Positions 63,190 to 64,000 of a DNA stretch of 64,000 bases are shown here, piece after piece. Below the pieces are notes generated by a model. It searched no databases and was not told the DNA's origin. It saw only the letters and a program-made list of their open reading frames with translations. Numbering within the stretch: the stretch's first letter is position 1; the number at the start of each line of letters is the position of its first letter. Source of the stretch: Planctomycetota bacterium (GTDB taxonomy: Bacteria > Planctomycetota > Brocadiia > JAADGH01); the NCBI GenBank assembly GCA_040755855.1, contig JBFMAD010000001.1, positions 128,001 through 192,000 on the forward strand, written 5' to 3'. The position numbers and the translations under genes were made by a program.

Positions 63190-64000
63190 ATGCGGAAGAT
63201 GCTGTTGTGGATGACTCTCATCGCCTTGTTGCAAACGTGCATGGCCGACGTTGAAATCATTCCCACCGGAGGTCGGAACATTTACCGCTTGGCGGTTGCC
63301 GAACTCGATGGCAATCCGACTGCCGGGGACATCGTCGGTGCAACCTACGATAACCGTTTGTGCGCGTTCGACGCGAACGGCAAACACCGGTGGGATGCGG
63401 CTGCGGGCGGCTTCGTCTTCGACCTCGCGGCGGGCGATCTTGACGGCGACGGGCGCGACGAAATCGCCGCCGCGTGCGCGGACGGATTCGTGCGCGTCTT
63501 TGACGCGGCAGGCAGGCTGCGATGGGAACATGACCTGCAAGCGCCGGTTCTTCAGGTCTGTATCGCCCGACTGGACGGCAAGACGCCGGTCGTGCTCGCG
63601 GGCGGCGTTTCACGCCAGATCGTTGTGCTCTTCCCGACCGGCCAACCGATGCGTAGCGTCAATCTCGACCAGGAAATCGCCAACGCGGCGGTGCGGATGC
63701 TCCGGGCCGGAGACTTCGATGGCGACGGCCAGGACGAAGTGGCCCTGTTGCCCATTCGCGGCCAGGCCCAGGACGTGCGGTTCCTAAAGGGGCCGGCGTT
63801 GGAACCCATGCCGAAGACGCGCATTCCGCTTCAGAGAACGGAGTATGTCAAGACCGCATCGGGCGCACTGGAACCGAAGGAAAGCAACGTGAAGTTCCGC
63901 AAAGGCGTCTTTGAGTGGAGCGGGAACACACTTAAGACAACCAACGGGCTTGTCGCCGATGTGAACGGCGACGGCGCGGCGGAACTGCTGTTGGGAGGAT
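63190..64000 (+). CDS. Secreted FG-GAP/PQQ-like propeller protein resembling the N-terminus of lambda-carrageenase; runs off the window (not in ORF track)
   Basis: SD GAGGAG; MRKMLLWMTLIALLQTCMA|DVEIIPTG...ATYDNRLCAFDANGKHRW...GDLDGDGRDEIAAACADG...GRLRW...VVLAGG; open to the window end. Confidence 0.75.
   Translation, partial: MRKMLLWMTLIALLQTCMADVEIIPTGGRNIYRLAVAELDGNPTAGDIVGATYDNRLCAFDANGKHRWDAAAGGFVFDLAAGDLDGDGRDEIAAACADGFVRVFDAAGRLRWEHDLQAPVLQVCIARLDGKTPVVLAGGVSRQIVVLFPTGQPMRSVNLDQEIANAAVRMLRAGDFDGDGQDEVALLPIRGQAQDVRFLKGPALEPMPKTRIPLQRTEYVKTASGALEPKESNVKFRKGVFEWSGNTLKTTNGLVADVNGDGAAELLLGG

Overview
GC-rich bacterial chromosomal segment, most likely Planctomycetota (PVC superphylum). The evidence is a short ~109-nt 5S rRNA, a 16S 5' end reading AGGGTTTGATCCTGGCTCAG, a near-Pla46 site and planctomycete-style secreted proteins. 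It contains a complete linked rrn operon on the minus strand (16S-tRNA-Ile-tRNA-Ala-23S-5S) and housekeeping genes (pgi, accA, an orphan rpmH missed by the ORF track). There are several carbohydrate-utilisation clusters: a GH31/AKR/URO-D-like/EEP/GH operon; a LacI gene with a GH123-like enzyme; and an AraC gene with GH4, a sulfatase and a lambda-carrageenase-like propeller. Also present are a TyrDC-like decarboxylase, FadB plus a lone 2-hydroxyacyl-CoA dehydratase subunit, a DUF6057/TolB-like pair and a PilGHI/Xap-like ABC system. The most striking locus is a three-gene minor-pilin operon (PilX-like, a ~1830-aa giant prepilin with an inserted FG-GAP propeller, PilW-like). It lies divergent from a sigma54 two-component system and a ~1160-aa membrane-anchored coiled-coil gene. 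A ~300-nt structured leader with terminator/anti-terminator potential lies at 716-985. No CRISPR array, transposase, integrase or prophage was seen. All family calls come from motif reading and recalled sequences, not from database searches.
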